This document shows, one piece after another, positions 48,912 to 58,689 of a stretch of DNA of 64,000 bases. Each line of letters opens with the position of its first letter. Position 1 is the stretch's first letter. The notes below the pieces were generated by a model. The model had not been told where the DNA came from. It saw only the letters and a list, made by a program, of their open reading frames with translations, and made no database searches. The stretch covers positions 1 to 64,000 of IMG/VR virus record IMGVR_UViG_3300037424_001682; one strand, written 5' to 3'. The position numbers and the translations under genes were made by a program. Source of the stretch: a virus (taxonomy: Duplodnaviria; Caudoviricetes).

Positions 48912-51900
48912 TTAAACGCTATCCACATCAATATCGTTAATATTAAATTCTTCTGTTATATTCTCTTCATTTTTTTCACTATAGGTTCTAAGATGTTCTA
49001 TAGATTTTGAATTAAGAGTGTCTTTTCCTTCTCCCAATAAATTATCAATTTCACCAACTAAATTTGATGCTTTTTTTATGTATTCTTGATTTCTTTCATT
49101 TAATTCTTCATTTATTACTATGTTTTTGGTTGTTTCTTTTATTTCAGTGGCAGATTTACCATTTTTCACCAATCGATCTAATAAATCAACATATTGTCTT
49201 TCGCTTAGATATTTTTTACCATTAGAATCTCTAATTACACTATCAACTAAACGTTTTTGCCCCTCTTTATCATAAATATATTTACTTTCAACCGGTGGTA
49301 ATTGTGCTGGACTTCCAAAATCTCCACCACCCATTCCTGATAAATCTTCTGGCCCACCTTCCGTACCTAACCCACCACCATCTTGTCCACCGCCTGCTTG
49401 TGGCAATTCTTCTGGTGGGACATCACCGATACCGTATTTTTTATCAATATCAGAGAACAAACCTGTTTTTCTAATAATAAGTGGTGAATCTTGTAATTCT
49501 TGTGCAACAGCACGTTCCATTCTTTGATTAAGATAATCATCAACAATATCTTTATCACTCCAACCAAAAAAGAATTTCTTAGCATTAGTATGAGACATCG
49601 CTGCAATGCCAGATTCTGAACGAGTAAGTTCAGTATATACCTGTGCTTTTTGTTGCCACAATTCTGTTTTAAGTAAATCTTGTTGTGTACTAGGATTAGT
49701 TAATGAAAGTTGGAAATCATAAATTTCTTCTTTTTTAAATCCTAACAACATTAAATGAATTATGGCAATTTTATTTAATTCTTGAATTGTTGCTTGTTGA
49801 ATTCTATTTATTTTTTTAGCAAAACGAACATCCATTTGAGCCATATTTTTACCATCACCAGCAGCTTGTTGATAACCTAAAAATGGTTTTGGTACACCAA
49901 GACCAGTAAATAAATTATCTCTTAAATACTCGATATCGTGGATTTGATCTAAATTGGAATTTAAAGTAAAGATTCCTGAACTTAATGCAAATGTGTGATA
50001 ATCAGTGAGTTGTTCTTTTCCATCAATTGTAATTGTACCCGTATCTTGTTTATCTTCTAACCATTCAATTGCTACAATTTTATGGTTATAACAAGGAATT
50101 TTGGATTTAAAATCTCTCCAATTTAAATAACCAAAATATTTTAACATTTTATCAATGTTATTTCTGGTTATGGCAGACATTTTATTTAATTGTTTATTAT
50201 TTTGATTTAAAACATTAAATTCTTCAATCCATTCAGAATTTTTTATATTAATTTTATTTTCAAGAATTAAATCAATTCTATTATATTCATTAACATAATC
50301 TATTAATAAATCAAGTAATTTATGAGAATATTTAATTGATTGTTTTTCTTTTATAATTTCACGTAAATTACTATTCTCCCATCGTAATTTGATGTGTTTA
50401 GCTTGTTTAATTCTATTTTCTTTTAATGATTTAGTTTTACTTATTGATTTTCCTCTTTCTTTAATAATTGAATCTCTGTTTGGGTTATTACTGAATGTTT
50501 CAACTGCTTTATCTCTTGACATTAAAGAATTATTAATAGCAATATTTTTCTTAATAATAAGTTCTTCTTCACTTATATTATTCCAATATTTATTAATTCC
50601 TTTTTTTCCAACATATTTATGTGTGAATTCTTCGTGTAGATTTTTTTCTTTCATATAATTAGCAACCATGCGATGTGTAAAAACCCAATCCTGTTTTGAA
50701 TGATCATAAATCATTTCATATGGTTTTGCATATTTCTTATTGGATATTTTTTCTTCTTTTTTATTAAATGCCCACATAGATTCACCAATATTTAAATCTT
50801 TTGCTTCTTTTTTACCATTATATTTTGTTGGAAATTTATGATCAGGAGTACAAGTAATTGTTTCACCATTATCTAATGTTAATTTTAAAACTTGTGCATT
50901 TTTTCTTGTAACACCTGCCCAAGTAATTTTTCCTGGAACAATTAAACCACTTTTAGGATCAATTGAATATGACCATAATGATTTACCATCATTATATTCA
51001 TTAATAATATCTTTTAATTCAAGACTTCTACCGTCAAGTAATTCAATTTTAGTATCTAATGCAAAACATGCTCCTTGTAAAGTTTCAATACCCGTTTGAA
51101 CGTTTGCATTTCTTACTGGTAAGAAAAAGTCTTCATCATTACCTAAAATATTAAATGTGTAATCTATTTGTCCAGAATCGGGATATATTTGTTGTTGTTT
51201 TTTAAATCTTGTTGCAATTTTATGAATATATGATTCAACATCATCTTCATCAATATTACCAACATCAATTTTAAATACACGTTTTTCGCCAGCACGTAAT
51301 ATACGATAAGTTAACATTGCATCTTCAGCCATTACACAGTTATGTACAACAACACCTTCTGCAATAAAATTATGTTCATCATTATCAATTTCGATATCCC
51401 ACACTTCACCCATACCTATTGATTCTATAGAAGTAATTTTTTGAAAATCAACATTTGGAGTTTCATTTTCATATTTAATATATAAAGTATATGTTTCTTT
51501 TCTATCAATTACTTTATTAAAAGAATCTGACCATTCGCATCCTTTTCTTTTATGTGTAATTACATTACCCACTTTCAAATTACATGATTGGGATAAAACT
51601 CTTAATCTTTCAATTAATCCTTTATTTGATGACGAATAATTACCATTAGAATCACAACCATCAGCATCAAAAATACCTCTAATAAACACTAATTTCCATT
51701 TTTTTGGCAATGAAAAAACCCAATCAGGAATTATTTTATTACTAAACCCTGTTTTAAAATCAAAAGATTTGATTATTTTTAAAAATTCAATTGAATGTGT
51801 TACATTATTCTCATCTATTGATGGCAATACTAATTTATCAATTTTTTTATCAATTTCATTAATGTTTTTATATGAATATTCATTATTTTCATTAATTATT

Positions 51901-54653
51901 AAGATTGGGTGATCATTTGTAACAATGATATTTCTATGTCTTGTTTTTATTTCAAACCTTTCTTTTATGCCATTGTTTGATATATTCGAAACTTTAGAAG
52001 TAAAATACTTCCCATCCTTCAAGGAATAAGAAAAAACATTGTCATTAATATTTAAATCTTTGATTTTTGTATATCCGTCCGGTGTCCAAATTTTTGAATT
52101 TGAATCTAAACATTGGCGAAATACCCTTCTGATTTTATTTAATATAGAGTTATGAACAATAATATTATTAGCAAAAAAATTATGATTTTCATTATCAACA
52201 TGTATATCAAAAACAAACCCCTTTCCATCGGGTTTAATTGATATTATTTTTTCAACAATAAAATCGTCTGATTTTCTATTATTTATGTCAGCAATAATTG
52301 TTTGAATATTTTCACTTTCATAGAAATATATTACATATGAATCTGCAATGGTAATTACTTTATTTCCATTAATAATAACGTCTTTTTTTCTTGGTTTTCT
52401 TTTATTAATATTACCTGTTTTATATCCAAGTGATTGGGCAAGTAGTTTAATGTCATTTACTAATTCATAATTTGCCAATTCAATTTGGAATCTCTTACAA
52501 TTCCATTTATCAATATTTACACTCCCATCTGCATCCATTAACCCATCTAAAAATGCTTTTCTAATTTCTTTAGATGTAGAATAAACCCACTTAGGAATTC
52601 TTTTGGTTCGTGAATTACCATCAAAGCCCATGTTTGATAATACTGTTGCCAATGATTTTGAATTAACAATAGCAGATGCAATACCATTGGCATATTGATT
52701 ATTTTTTCTTAAATAAATGTTTTTATTTGAATATTTTTCTAATAGAGATATGTATTTTTTATTAACGGTTTCCTCAATCCCATACGCAAAATAAACCATA
52801 TACGGTCTCTTAAAATTGATTCCACCATCACCAAGCAAAAAGCCGAACATTTTAGCAAAATCTTTATCAACATAATCAGGAATGTGTTTTAAATCATTAG
52901 TAAAGTCATCGTATATTCTACCACAATATTCTTTAATTTCTACAGTTTTATTAATTTTAATGTTTTCATTATAATCATCAGATTTATTAATCACTAAACC
53001 ATCTCCAATCATTAATTCAGAAACAAATTTATATTTAAAACTATTAATTGAATAATCATAAACTAATACTTTATGATTCTCGGTCGCTTTAATATAATTG
53101 TGTGGTGTCGATATTTTTAATATGTCTTTTTCACCGTTACATACAACATCTAACACATTACTTGTGATTAATTTTTGTGTGTTAATATCAAAACCATATA
53201 CAACATCACCCTTAACAATGTCCTTAATTTCCTTAATTCCAGTACTTGTTTTTATGTAACTGTCTGATAATAAGCAACTTCCGTAGGGCAGGTACTTGTC
53301 GTCACCTAATATTCTAAAATGTGCTATTTCAAAAATATTAAACTCATCATTAGTTTCTCGTTGTTTAAATTTAACGATTGGTTTACCAAATTCGACACGT
53401 TCAATACGTTCCATTTCATAGTTAACCAATTGTTTTACAAAGCTGATACCTCTATTTTTTTGACCTACTAAATAAACAAAATTATCACCATATTTACAGT
53501 TTGAGACAAAAATACCATTTCTGGTGTAATTTCCGTTAGAATCTTTTGAACAAATTGGAAAATTGTGTCTATCGTGCTCTCCATTTTTACCAACAACTTC
53601 CATACAATAAACATCAGATTTTTCATTTAAAAACTCAACAGAAAGAACTTTATGATTAATAACGTTTTGGCTTTGTCTTTTAGTTGATTCTTCAAAATAT
53701 TTTGGATAATTATTTCTTTTATTAAAATCAATATGATGTGTATCGAAAATACCACCAAATGATTTTTCTTCTAATAAATTTCTATGTAATTCATGTGCAA
53801 CAACGTTATGTGTATATTTATATTGATTTGAAGACGGATTATATACTTTTTCATAACCATTAATATTATCTTTAGGTGTTACACTTTCTCTAGTATAGAA
53901 AGGCATTAAACTATCGTTTTTCTTTAAATTTTGTGCTTGAACATATGTACCATTTCGTAACATAAATTCGTGGTCTGGGGTTGTTTCAACGTAACTACCA
54001 TCATCAAGAGTTACTTTTACAATAGTACTATTTTTTCTTGTTAAATCACACCAAATAATTTTACCTACAACAATATTATTTGTCTTATCTTGTACAGAAT
54101 AAGTCCAAATTTCATCATTTGGATTATTTTTTAACCTTTCAGAAATTTCCTTTATTGTTATTTCTGTACCATCTAATAAAGGTATTATTGAATCTTCTTT
54201 TATTGGTAATTGTCTAATCCAAAATGGTAAGTTTGTATTTACATTGATAATATCATAGAATAATTCATCTAATCTGTTTTTTATCCGATCATTATTTGAA
54301 TAAATATTAAGCATTTTACCATTTTCGCCAATAGTTGTAGATTCTTCCATGAATAAATCTAAAGCACTGGCAATTAATGGGTAATATTCCATGCCTTCAT
54401 AATCTAAATATGCTGGAAGTCTTGCAGCTTCATATTGCATTGCTTTTTGGAAACCATGATCAGTAACTTTAAAAAATTTATCTTCTAACGATTTTTTTTG
54501 TTGTAATTCTAACGCTTTTCTTTTTAAATCATCAGGGTTATCGCCTCTAATTATGATTTTTTTCTTATCTCTATTTTTAGGGTCTTCAAATCCAAATCCA
54601 TCAAAATTTAAGGTGCTACCTAGTTTTTGAAATATTGTCTTATTCTCTGCCAT
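48912..54653 (-). CDS. portal protein (T4 gp20-like) precursor with four inteins
   Basis: exteins reassemble to WIRQL|CKYGDNF, LPYGS|SILNKIRRVFRQ|CVMAEDAMLTYRILRA, ETLQGA|SNLDQIHDIEYL, LGVPK; about 673 aa after splicing. Confidence 0.93.
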   Translation of the reverse strand: MAENKTIFQKLGSTLNFDGFGFEDPKNRDKKKIIIRGDNPDDLKRKALELQQKKSLEDKFFKVTDHGFQKAMQYEAARLPAYLDYEGMEYYPLIASALDLFMEESTTIGENGKMLNIYSNNDRIKNRLDELFYDIINVNTNLPFWIRQLPIKEDSIIPLLDGTEITIKEISERLKNNPNDEIWTYSVQDKTNNIVVGKIIWCDLTRKNSTIVKVTLDDGSYVETTPDHEFMLRNGTYVQAQNLKKNDSLMPFYTRESVTPKDNINGYEKVYNPSSNQYKYTHNVVAHELHRNLLEEKSFGGIFDTHHIDFNKRNNYPKYFEESTKRQSQNVINHKVLSVEFLNEKSDVYCMEVVGKNGEHDRHNFPICSKDSNGNYTRNGIFVSNCKYGDNFVYLVGQKNRGISFVKQLVNYEMERIERVEFGKPIVKFKQRETNDEFNIFEIAHFRILGDDKYLPYGSCLLSDSYIKTSTGIKEIKDIVKGDVVYGFDINTQKLITSNVLDVVCNGEKDILKISTPHNYIKATENHKVLVYDYSINSFKYKFVSELMIGDGLVINKSDDYNENIKINKTVEIKEYCGRIYDDFTNDLKHIPDYVDKDFAKMFGFLLGDGGINFKRPYMVYFAYGIEETVNKKYISLLEKYSNKNIYLRKNNQYANGIASAIVNSKSLATVLSNMGFDGNSRTKRIPKWVYSTSKEIRKAFLDGLMDADGSVNIDKWNCKRFQIELANYELVNDIKLLAQSLGYKTGNINKRKPRKKDVIINGNKVITIADSYVIYFYESENIQTIIADINNRKSDDFIVEKIISIKPDGKGFVFDIHVDNENHNFFANNIIVHNSILNKIRRVFRQCLDSNSKIWTPDGYTKIKDLNINDNVFSYSLKDGKYFTSKVSNISNNGIKERFEIKTRHRNIIVTNDHPILIINENNEYSYKNINEIDKKIDKLVLPSIDENNVTHSIEFLKIIKSFDFKTGFSNKIIPDWVFSLPKKWKLVFIRGIFDADGCDSNGNYSSSNKGLIERLRVLSQSCNLKVGNVITHKRKGCEWSDSFNKVIDRKETYTLYIKYENETPNVDFQKITSIESIGMGEVWDIEIDNDEHNFIAEGVVVHNCVMAEDAMLTYRILRAGEKRVFKIDVGNIDEDDVESYIHKIATRFKKQQQIYPDSGQIDYTFNILGNDEDFFLPVRNANVQTGIETLQGACFALDTKIELLDGRSLELKDIINEYNDGKSLWSYSIDPKSGLIVPGKITWAGVTRKNAQVLKLTLDNGETITCTPDHKFPTKYNGKKEAKDLNIGESMWAFNKKEEKISNKKYAKPYEMIYDHSKQDWVFTHRMVANYMKEKNLHEEFTHKYVGKKGINKYWNNISEEELIIKKNIAINNSLMSRDKAVETFSNNPNRDSIIKERGKSISKTKSLKENRIKQAKHIKLRWENSNLREIIKEKQSIKYSHKLLDLLIDYVNEYNRIDLILENKINIKNSEWIEEFNVLNQNNKQLNKMSAITRNNIDKMLKYFGYLNWRDFKSKIPCYNHKIVAIEWLEDKQDTGTITIDGKEQLTDYHTFALSSGIFTLNSNLDQIHDIEYLRDNLFTGLGVPKPFLGYQQAAGDGKNMAQMDVRFAKKINRIQQATIQELNKIAIIHLMLLGFKKEEIYDFQLSLTNPSTQQDLLKTELWQQKAQVYTELTRSESGIAAMSHTNAKKFFFGWSDKDIVDDYLNQRMERAVAQELQDSPLIIRKTGLFSDIDKKYGIGDVPPEELPQAGGGQDGGGLGTEGGPEDLSGMGGGDFGSPAQLPPVESKYIYDKEGQKRLVDSVIRDSNGKKYLSERQYVDLLDRLVKNGKSATEIKETTKNIVINEELNERNQEYIKKASNLVGEIDNLLGEGKDTLNSKSIEHLRTYSEKNEENITEEFNINDIDVDSV
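49959..51068 (-). mobile_element. portal intein d (370 aa, degenerate endonuclease region)
   Basis: starts CFALDT, block B CTPDHKF, FTHRMVA remnant, ends GIFTLN|S. Confidence 0.88.
51339..52112 (-). mobile_element. portal intein c (258 aa, partial LAGLIDADG)
   Basis: starts CLDSNS, only one LAGLIDADG motif (RGIFDADG), ends VVVHN|C. Confidence 0.9.
52149..53276 (-). mobile_element. portal intein b (376 aa, LAGLIDADG)
   Basis: starts CLLSDS, GFLLGDG and DGLMDADG motifs, ends IIVHN|S. Confidence 0.92.
53499..54206 (-). mobile_element. portal intein a (236 aa, Pro at position 1, class 3-like)
   Basis: starts PIKEDSII, block B TTPDHEF, block F VYCMEV (Cys at F4), HNH remnant HHIDFNKRNN, ends IFVSN|C. 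Confidence 0.82.
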
Positions 54654-54676
54654 TATTATAATTTTTTATAGTTTTT

Positions 54677-54685
54677 TATAAATAC
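54677..54685 (-). promoter_or_regulatory. putative late promoter GTATTTATA
   Basis: upstream of the portal gene. Confidence 0.7.
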
Positions 54686-54723
54686 TACTTTTTTTACTAA
54701 AAGCCTTTATTTTAAATACTTTT

Positions 54724-57700
54724 TTATCTTCGATTGTTATTTAATCCATTAAATAACCATGAGTTTGCGCCATACGGATTTCTTCTATTTACCCTAAAAT
54801 CTGGTCTTTTTGAATCTAATGTTGAATTATGTTTTTCTTTTTCTGGTCTTTCAACAATTTGATCATTATTTAATTTCATAAAAGCATCAAGTATTTTTTT
54901 TGTTTTTTCATTGTCAAACCCATAAATTTCCATATCAAAATTAAGAACGTACATACCCACACCCATACCTAATAATGAATCGTCGTGAAACGATCTTTTA
55001 TGGTCAGCCATACGTGATCCTTCAACAGTTACAAAAGTTTTCATTTCATCAACCATGCGAGATGAATGAATAATAACATCTTTCATTCTAATTGCTCTTT
55101 CCATTTCGATAAGTACGCTTGGTCGATTATTTCCAATGAAAAATCCTGGCACTAAATCTATTTTTTGTACAATTCCGTTAGCTAATGTTTTATGTATTGT
55201 TTTTAAATATGGTAATAATCTATTTTCCATATTTTTATTTGATACATCTGAATAATGAACATTTTCATAACCCATTTCCATTAATTTTTCAGATGTATTT
55301 GCACCCCAACCACCAGTAACATCAATAATAGTGTATGCATTGTTATATTTAATTCCATATTGATAAGAAATATCAGCAAGCACTTGTGGGCTAACTTTCC
55401 CATAATATTCTGCAACTTGTTCTGCTATTTTACGTGTAGCCTTTTTCATTTTAATTACACCATTTCTATTAACTGGTTTGGTAATTGTTTCTTCTAAAAT
55501 TTTAAAAACATTTACACTAGAATTATCTTCCCCATGTCCAGCAGAAGCATCAACTATTTGAATATATTCAGCATCTTCAATTTCATCTTCCCATATCCAC
55601 ATATTTTTATCCACATATTCCTTACGAATAGGATTACACATTTCTTCTTGTTCAATACGTTGAATATGTTCTTGTGAAATGAAGTTATCACCAGAACCTA
55701 GAAAAGAACAAAGTAATTCTTGAGCCAATTGTCTATCATTACCATTATAGTCTAAAACCATTGATTCAAACCAAGAAGATGATGCTTCATATCCATTTTT
55801 TATCATTTCTAATCTTTTTTCCTCTGACCAATGTTCATCCTTTACTCTATCTTCGGTATCTTTGCCTTTATTTTTAATCCAGACTAGATCAAAGACGCCT
55901 TTTTTTGTGTGGGTGTATCTAGGGTCATTATACCACCAAAGTTCAACAGAATTGAAATTTGACTCCCCTCTTCGAGCATCTTCAAAAGTTTTATAGAATA
56001 CGCTGTCAAGCCCATTCGGCGTATTGTGGGTAACAAACTGATTATACGTAAGTTGCATATGAAATTCATCCTTTTCTTTAGGATTTTCATTACTCATTGA
56101 AAAATCGTAAGTCCGATTTTTGGATTTTTCAATTGAAGTAATTTTAGTCCAAACCATATTCTCGTTTATAATATGATCATATTTTTCAAGAATTTGATTT
56201 GAAATATTTTCTTTTTCTGATTTAATTAAATTTAATATTGTTTTTCTCGATGTGGGTCTTATTCCTTTCTTTTTTTGAACAATATCTTTAACATTAATAT
56301 TGTTTTCATTTAAATAACTATGTATTCCATAATACATTATATCTTGACATATATCATCAATAATTTCACTTCCATTAGGAATATTATCTGAAACCCCAAC
56401 ATGACCTAATTTAGAAATATCATAATCATTAATAATAAATTTTTTTCTTTTCAATCTAAAACCAATTTCATCAAAATATTTTTTTGCATAAGAACCATTT
56501 GCAGTTAATCTATATTGAGTTGATTCAACTTTAACTTTTTCGGTTTTTGGAGTAATAACTTGTTGAAATTCAGTTAAAATACCGAAATTGTTTAGTATGA
56601 TTCTTAATTGTTTTATTAATTCTAAAGATGAAAGACCAATACCAATTCTAATTTTGTTTTTTTTGGAATTATACGTTGCCCAACCATCTCCATCCATAAT
56701 ACCTTGCATCATTGCAACAATATTTTCTTTTGACATTTCTAAAAGACGAGATGGAATTATTTTTTGCGGTGCTTTTTTTGAGAAGTCAAATCCTAAGTAT
56801 TCAAAAAATTCTGAAACATTTAGTGAACCAATTTCATAATGTAATTTATCTTTTGTATAAAAAGGAATATTTAAATTAATCAATGTATTTGAAATATCAT
56901 CACCACAAGTGATTGTAATACCCTGATATTTTTTTCTTCTTTTTATACCACAACCCTCACTAATATATAATCCAATTAAATATGATAATTCTGACGTAAT
57001 TACTGTTGGTTTAAAAACATTTTTAATATGATGCGATTCTGTTGGCTTAAAATCTGAACAATCATCATTAGAACCCCAAACATTAACACCCTTTTGTATT
57101 GATACATAGTCACCAATTTCTAATTCAGATGCTTTAATCCAACCATATTTATCATTTTTATATGCCCAAAATTTATGATTTTCACTTGATTCTAATTCAC
57201 TATAAGTTGTTTTAATTTTAAAAGTATCAACATAACCATTATTAAAAATAATATTAGATTTTCTGGTGTTATGAACTCCTACAAAATTAGTGTTTTTGAT
57301 AATGTGTGGTCCTAATTTTTCTGTATTAATAAAATCTTTTATTTGTTTTATTCCCTTTTCTGTGAAAACAAATGAATCTTTTGTAACACAAGAAACAAAT
57401 ATGGTGTTACCACCCGTTGAATTAACAGCAGGTCGGGTTGCGGTCCAGAATTGTTCTGCTCTTTCTGTCCATGCTGTTTCATCCCAAAATATTAATGTAG
57501 GTGTCGGACCACGAAGACCTTTAGATGAAAATGCTTTTAATTCAGAACCATTATCATAAATCTTATGCGTTGCAGCATCTCTACCTGTTGGTTTTCTTTG
57601 TAACCAATCAGGACAAGATTCAATAAATCCAACAATATCAGCCATCAATTCATCACGAGCAGTATCTAATTTGTTTGCAACAATTGCGGCAGTTCTATTT

Positions 57701-58137
57701 TTATTAAAACTAACATACCAAGCAATATATCCACAAGTTGTTGTTGACACACCGGCCTGACGATATTTGTTAGCAATGTTTTGTTTAAATTGTTGATATG
57801 CTCTTACTAATTTTTTTTGGAATGGGAATAATTTAAATGGTACAATTTCACCTTGTTCCCCCTTTGTTTGATCAAATACTGTTAAATATGTTTCAATATA
57901 ATATATTGGGTCTAATGCACATCTAAGATATTCTTGTTTTTGTTCTTGTTTAGTTAATTCTGTGGCTAATTTAAGTTCTTTGTCATCGGTATAAATAATA
58001 GGTACAAATTTACCTTCCATTTCATCCCGCATTTTTTTCTCTCTTAATCGGAGTTCTTGTTTTTTTTCTAAATAAACATCGTTTAACGGAATAACATTAA
58101 ATAATTCGCTTACATCTTTATCTCTAATAGCAGCCAT
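54724..58137 (-). CDS. terL: terminase large subunit precursor with one intein
   Basis: FKLFPFQ, KYRQAGVST, LIFWDETAW, FVS|TPNG, QELLCSFLGSG, VDASAGHGED.S, HDDSLL; start 58137 supported by the GTATTTATA motif at 58152-58160. Confidence 0.93.
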   Translation of the reverse strand: MAAIRDKDVSELFNVIPLNDVYLEKKQELRLREKKMRDEMEGKFVPIIYTDDKELKLATELTKQEQKQEYLRCALDPIYYIETYLTVFDQTKGEQGEIVPFKLFPFQKKLVRAYQQFKQNIANKYRQAGVSTTTCGYIAWYVSFNKNRTAAIVANKLDTARDELMADIVGFIESCPDWLQRKPTGRDAATHKIYDNGSELKAFSSKGLRGPTPTLIFWDETAWTERAEQFWTATRPAVNSTGGNTIFVSCVTKDSFVFTEKGIKQIKDFINTEKLGPHIIKNTNFVGVHNTRKSNIIFNNGYVDTFKIKTTYSELESSENHKFWAYKNDKYGWIKASELEIGDYVSIQKGVNVWGSNDDCSDFKPTESHHIKNVFKPTVITSELSYLIGLYISEGCGIKRRKKYQGITITCGDDISNTLINLNIPFYTKDKLHYEIGSLNVSEFFEYLGFDFSKKAPQKIIPSRLLEMSKENIVAMMQGIMDGDGWATYNSKKNKIRIGIGLSSLELIKQLRIILNNFGILTEFQQVITPKTEKVKVESTQYRLTANGSYAKKYFDEIGFRLKRKKFIINDYDISKLGHVGVSDNIPNGSEIIDDICQDIMYYGIHSYLNENNINVKDIVQKKKGIRPTSRKTILNLIKSEKENISNQILEKYDHIINENMVWTKITSIEKSKNRTYDFSMSNENPKEKDEFHMQLTYNQFVTHNTPNGLDSVFYKTFEDARRGESNFNSVELWWYNDPRYTHTKKGVFDLVWIKNKGKDTEDRVKDEHWSEEKRLEMIKNGYEASSSWFESMVLDYNGNDRQLAQELLCSFLGSGDNFISQEHIQRIEQEEMCNPIRKEYVDKNMWIWEDEIEDAEYIQIVDASAGHGEDNSSVNVFKILEETITKPVNRNGVIKMKKATRKIAEQVAEYYGKVSPQVLADISYQYGIKYNNAYTIIDVTGGWGANTSEKLMEMGYENVHYSDVSNKNMENRLLPYLKTIHKTLANGIVQKIDLVPGFFIGNNRPSVLIEMERAIRMKDVIIHSSRMVDEMKTFVTVEGSRMADHKRSFHDDSLLGMGVGMYVLNFDMEIYGFDNEKTKKILDAFMKLNNDQIVERPEKEKHNSTLDSKRPDFRVNRRNPYGANSWLFNGLNNNRR
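56023..57390 (-). mobile_element. intein in the terminase (456 aa, LAGLIDADG)
   Basis: starts CVTKDS, block B SSENHKF, GLYISEG and QGIMDGDG motifs, ends FVTHN|T. Confidence 0.92.
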
Positions 58138-58151
58138 AAATAGTTTTTTTT

Positions 58152-58160
58152 TATAAATAC
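58152..58160 (-). promoter_or_regulatory. putative late promoter GTATTTATA
   Basis: upstream of terminase ATG 58137, just past a terminator. Confidence 0.7.
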
Positions 58161-58164
58161 TTAT

Positions 58165-58197
58165 AAAAAAAAACCACAAGCAAAGACTTGTGGTTTT
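58165..58197 (-). terminator. intrinsic terminator between ORF 58222 and the terminase promoter
   Basis: AAAACCACAAG-CAAAGA-CTTGTGGTTTT hairpin with an A-run. Confidence 0.7.
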
Positions 58198-58221
58198 GTA
58201 AATCAAACAATTGTTCTTTAA

Positions 58222-58689
58222 TTAAAATTTTATTTTCGTATTATGTACAAAATCGTTATTTTTCAAAATTATATCCCTTTCATAAAATATGTCAATTACT
58301 TGTGATATTGGCATTCCAAAATGGAATACCAATAAAGGTAAATCATCATAAATCATATCAAATTCACTTTCTACGTTCAAATCCGACGAATCGTCATTTT
58401 CATATGCTAATGCATGTATTGTATGGTATCCATGTATATATGGTCTATCATTTGCTTCATGTAAACATATTAGATCAAATAGATTAGTTTTTAAATTAAG
58501 GACTTTATCTATATGATTTTTATCTGGTGGTTGGGCATTACTAGAGGCAGGGGAATCATCCCAACCCCAACCTTCTCCATCAACATTTTCCGTATTCTTC
58601 GCAAAAATAAACTGATACATGCCCTCTCCCATTGCATCATAGCCAATTTTATGTACATATATCAGTTTTTCTTCATTAGGGTTTCCCAT
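58222..58689 (-). CDS. hypothetical protein
   Basis: 155-aa ORF coupled to the upstream gene. Confidence 0.7.
   Translation of the reverse strand: MGNPNEEKLIYVHKIGYDAMGEGMYQFIFAKNTENVDGEGWGWDDSPASSNAQPPDKNHIDKVLNLKTNLFDLICLHEANDRPYIHGYHTIHALAYENDDSSDLNVESEFDMIYDDLPLLVFHFGMPISQVIDIFYERDIILKNNDFVHNTKIKF

Noticed and set aside
58138-58206. Longer terminase start at 58206
   Set aside because: It crosses a terminator hairpin and the GTATTTATA motif; ATG 58137 is more plausible
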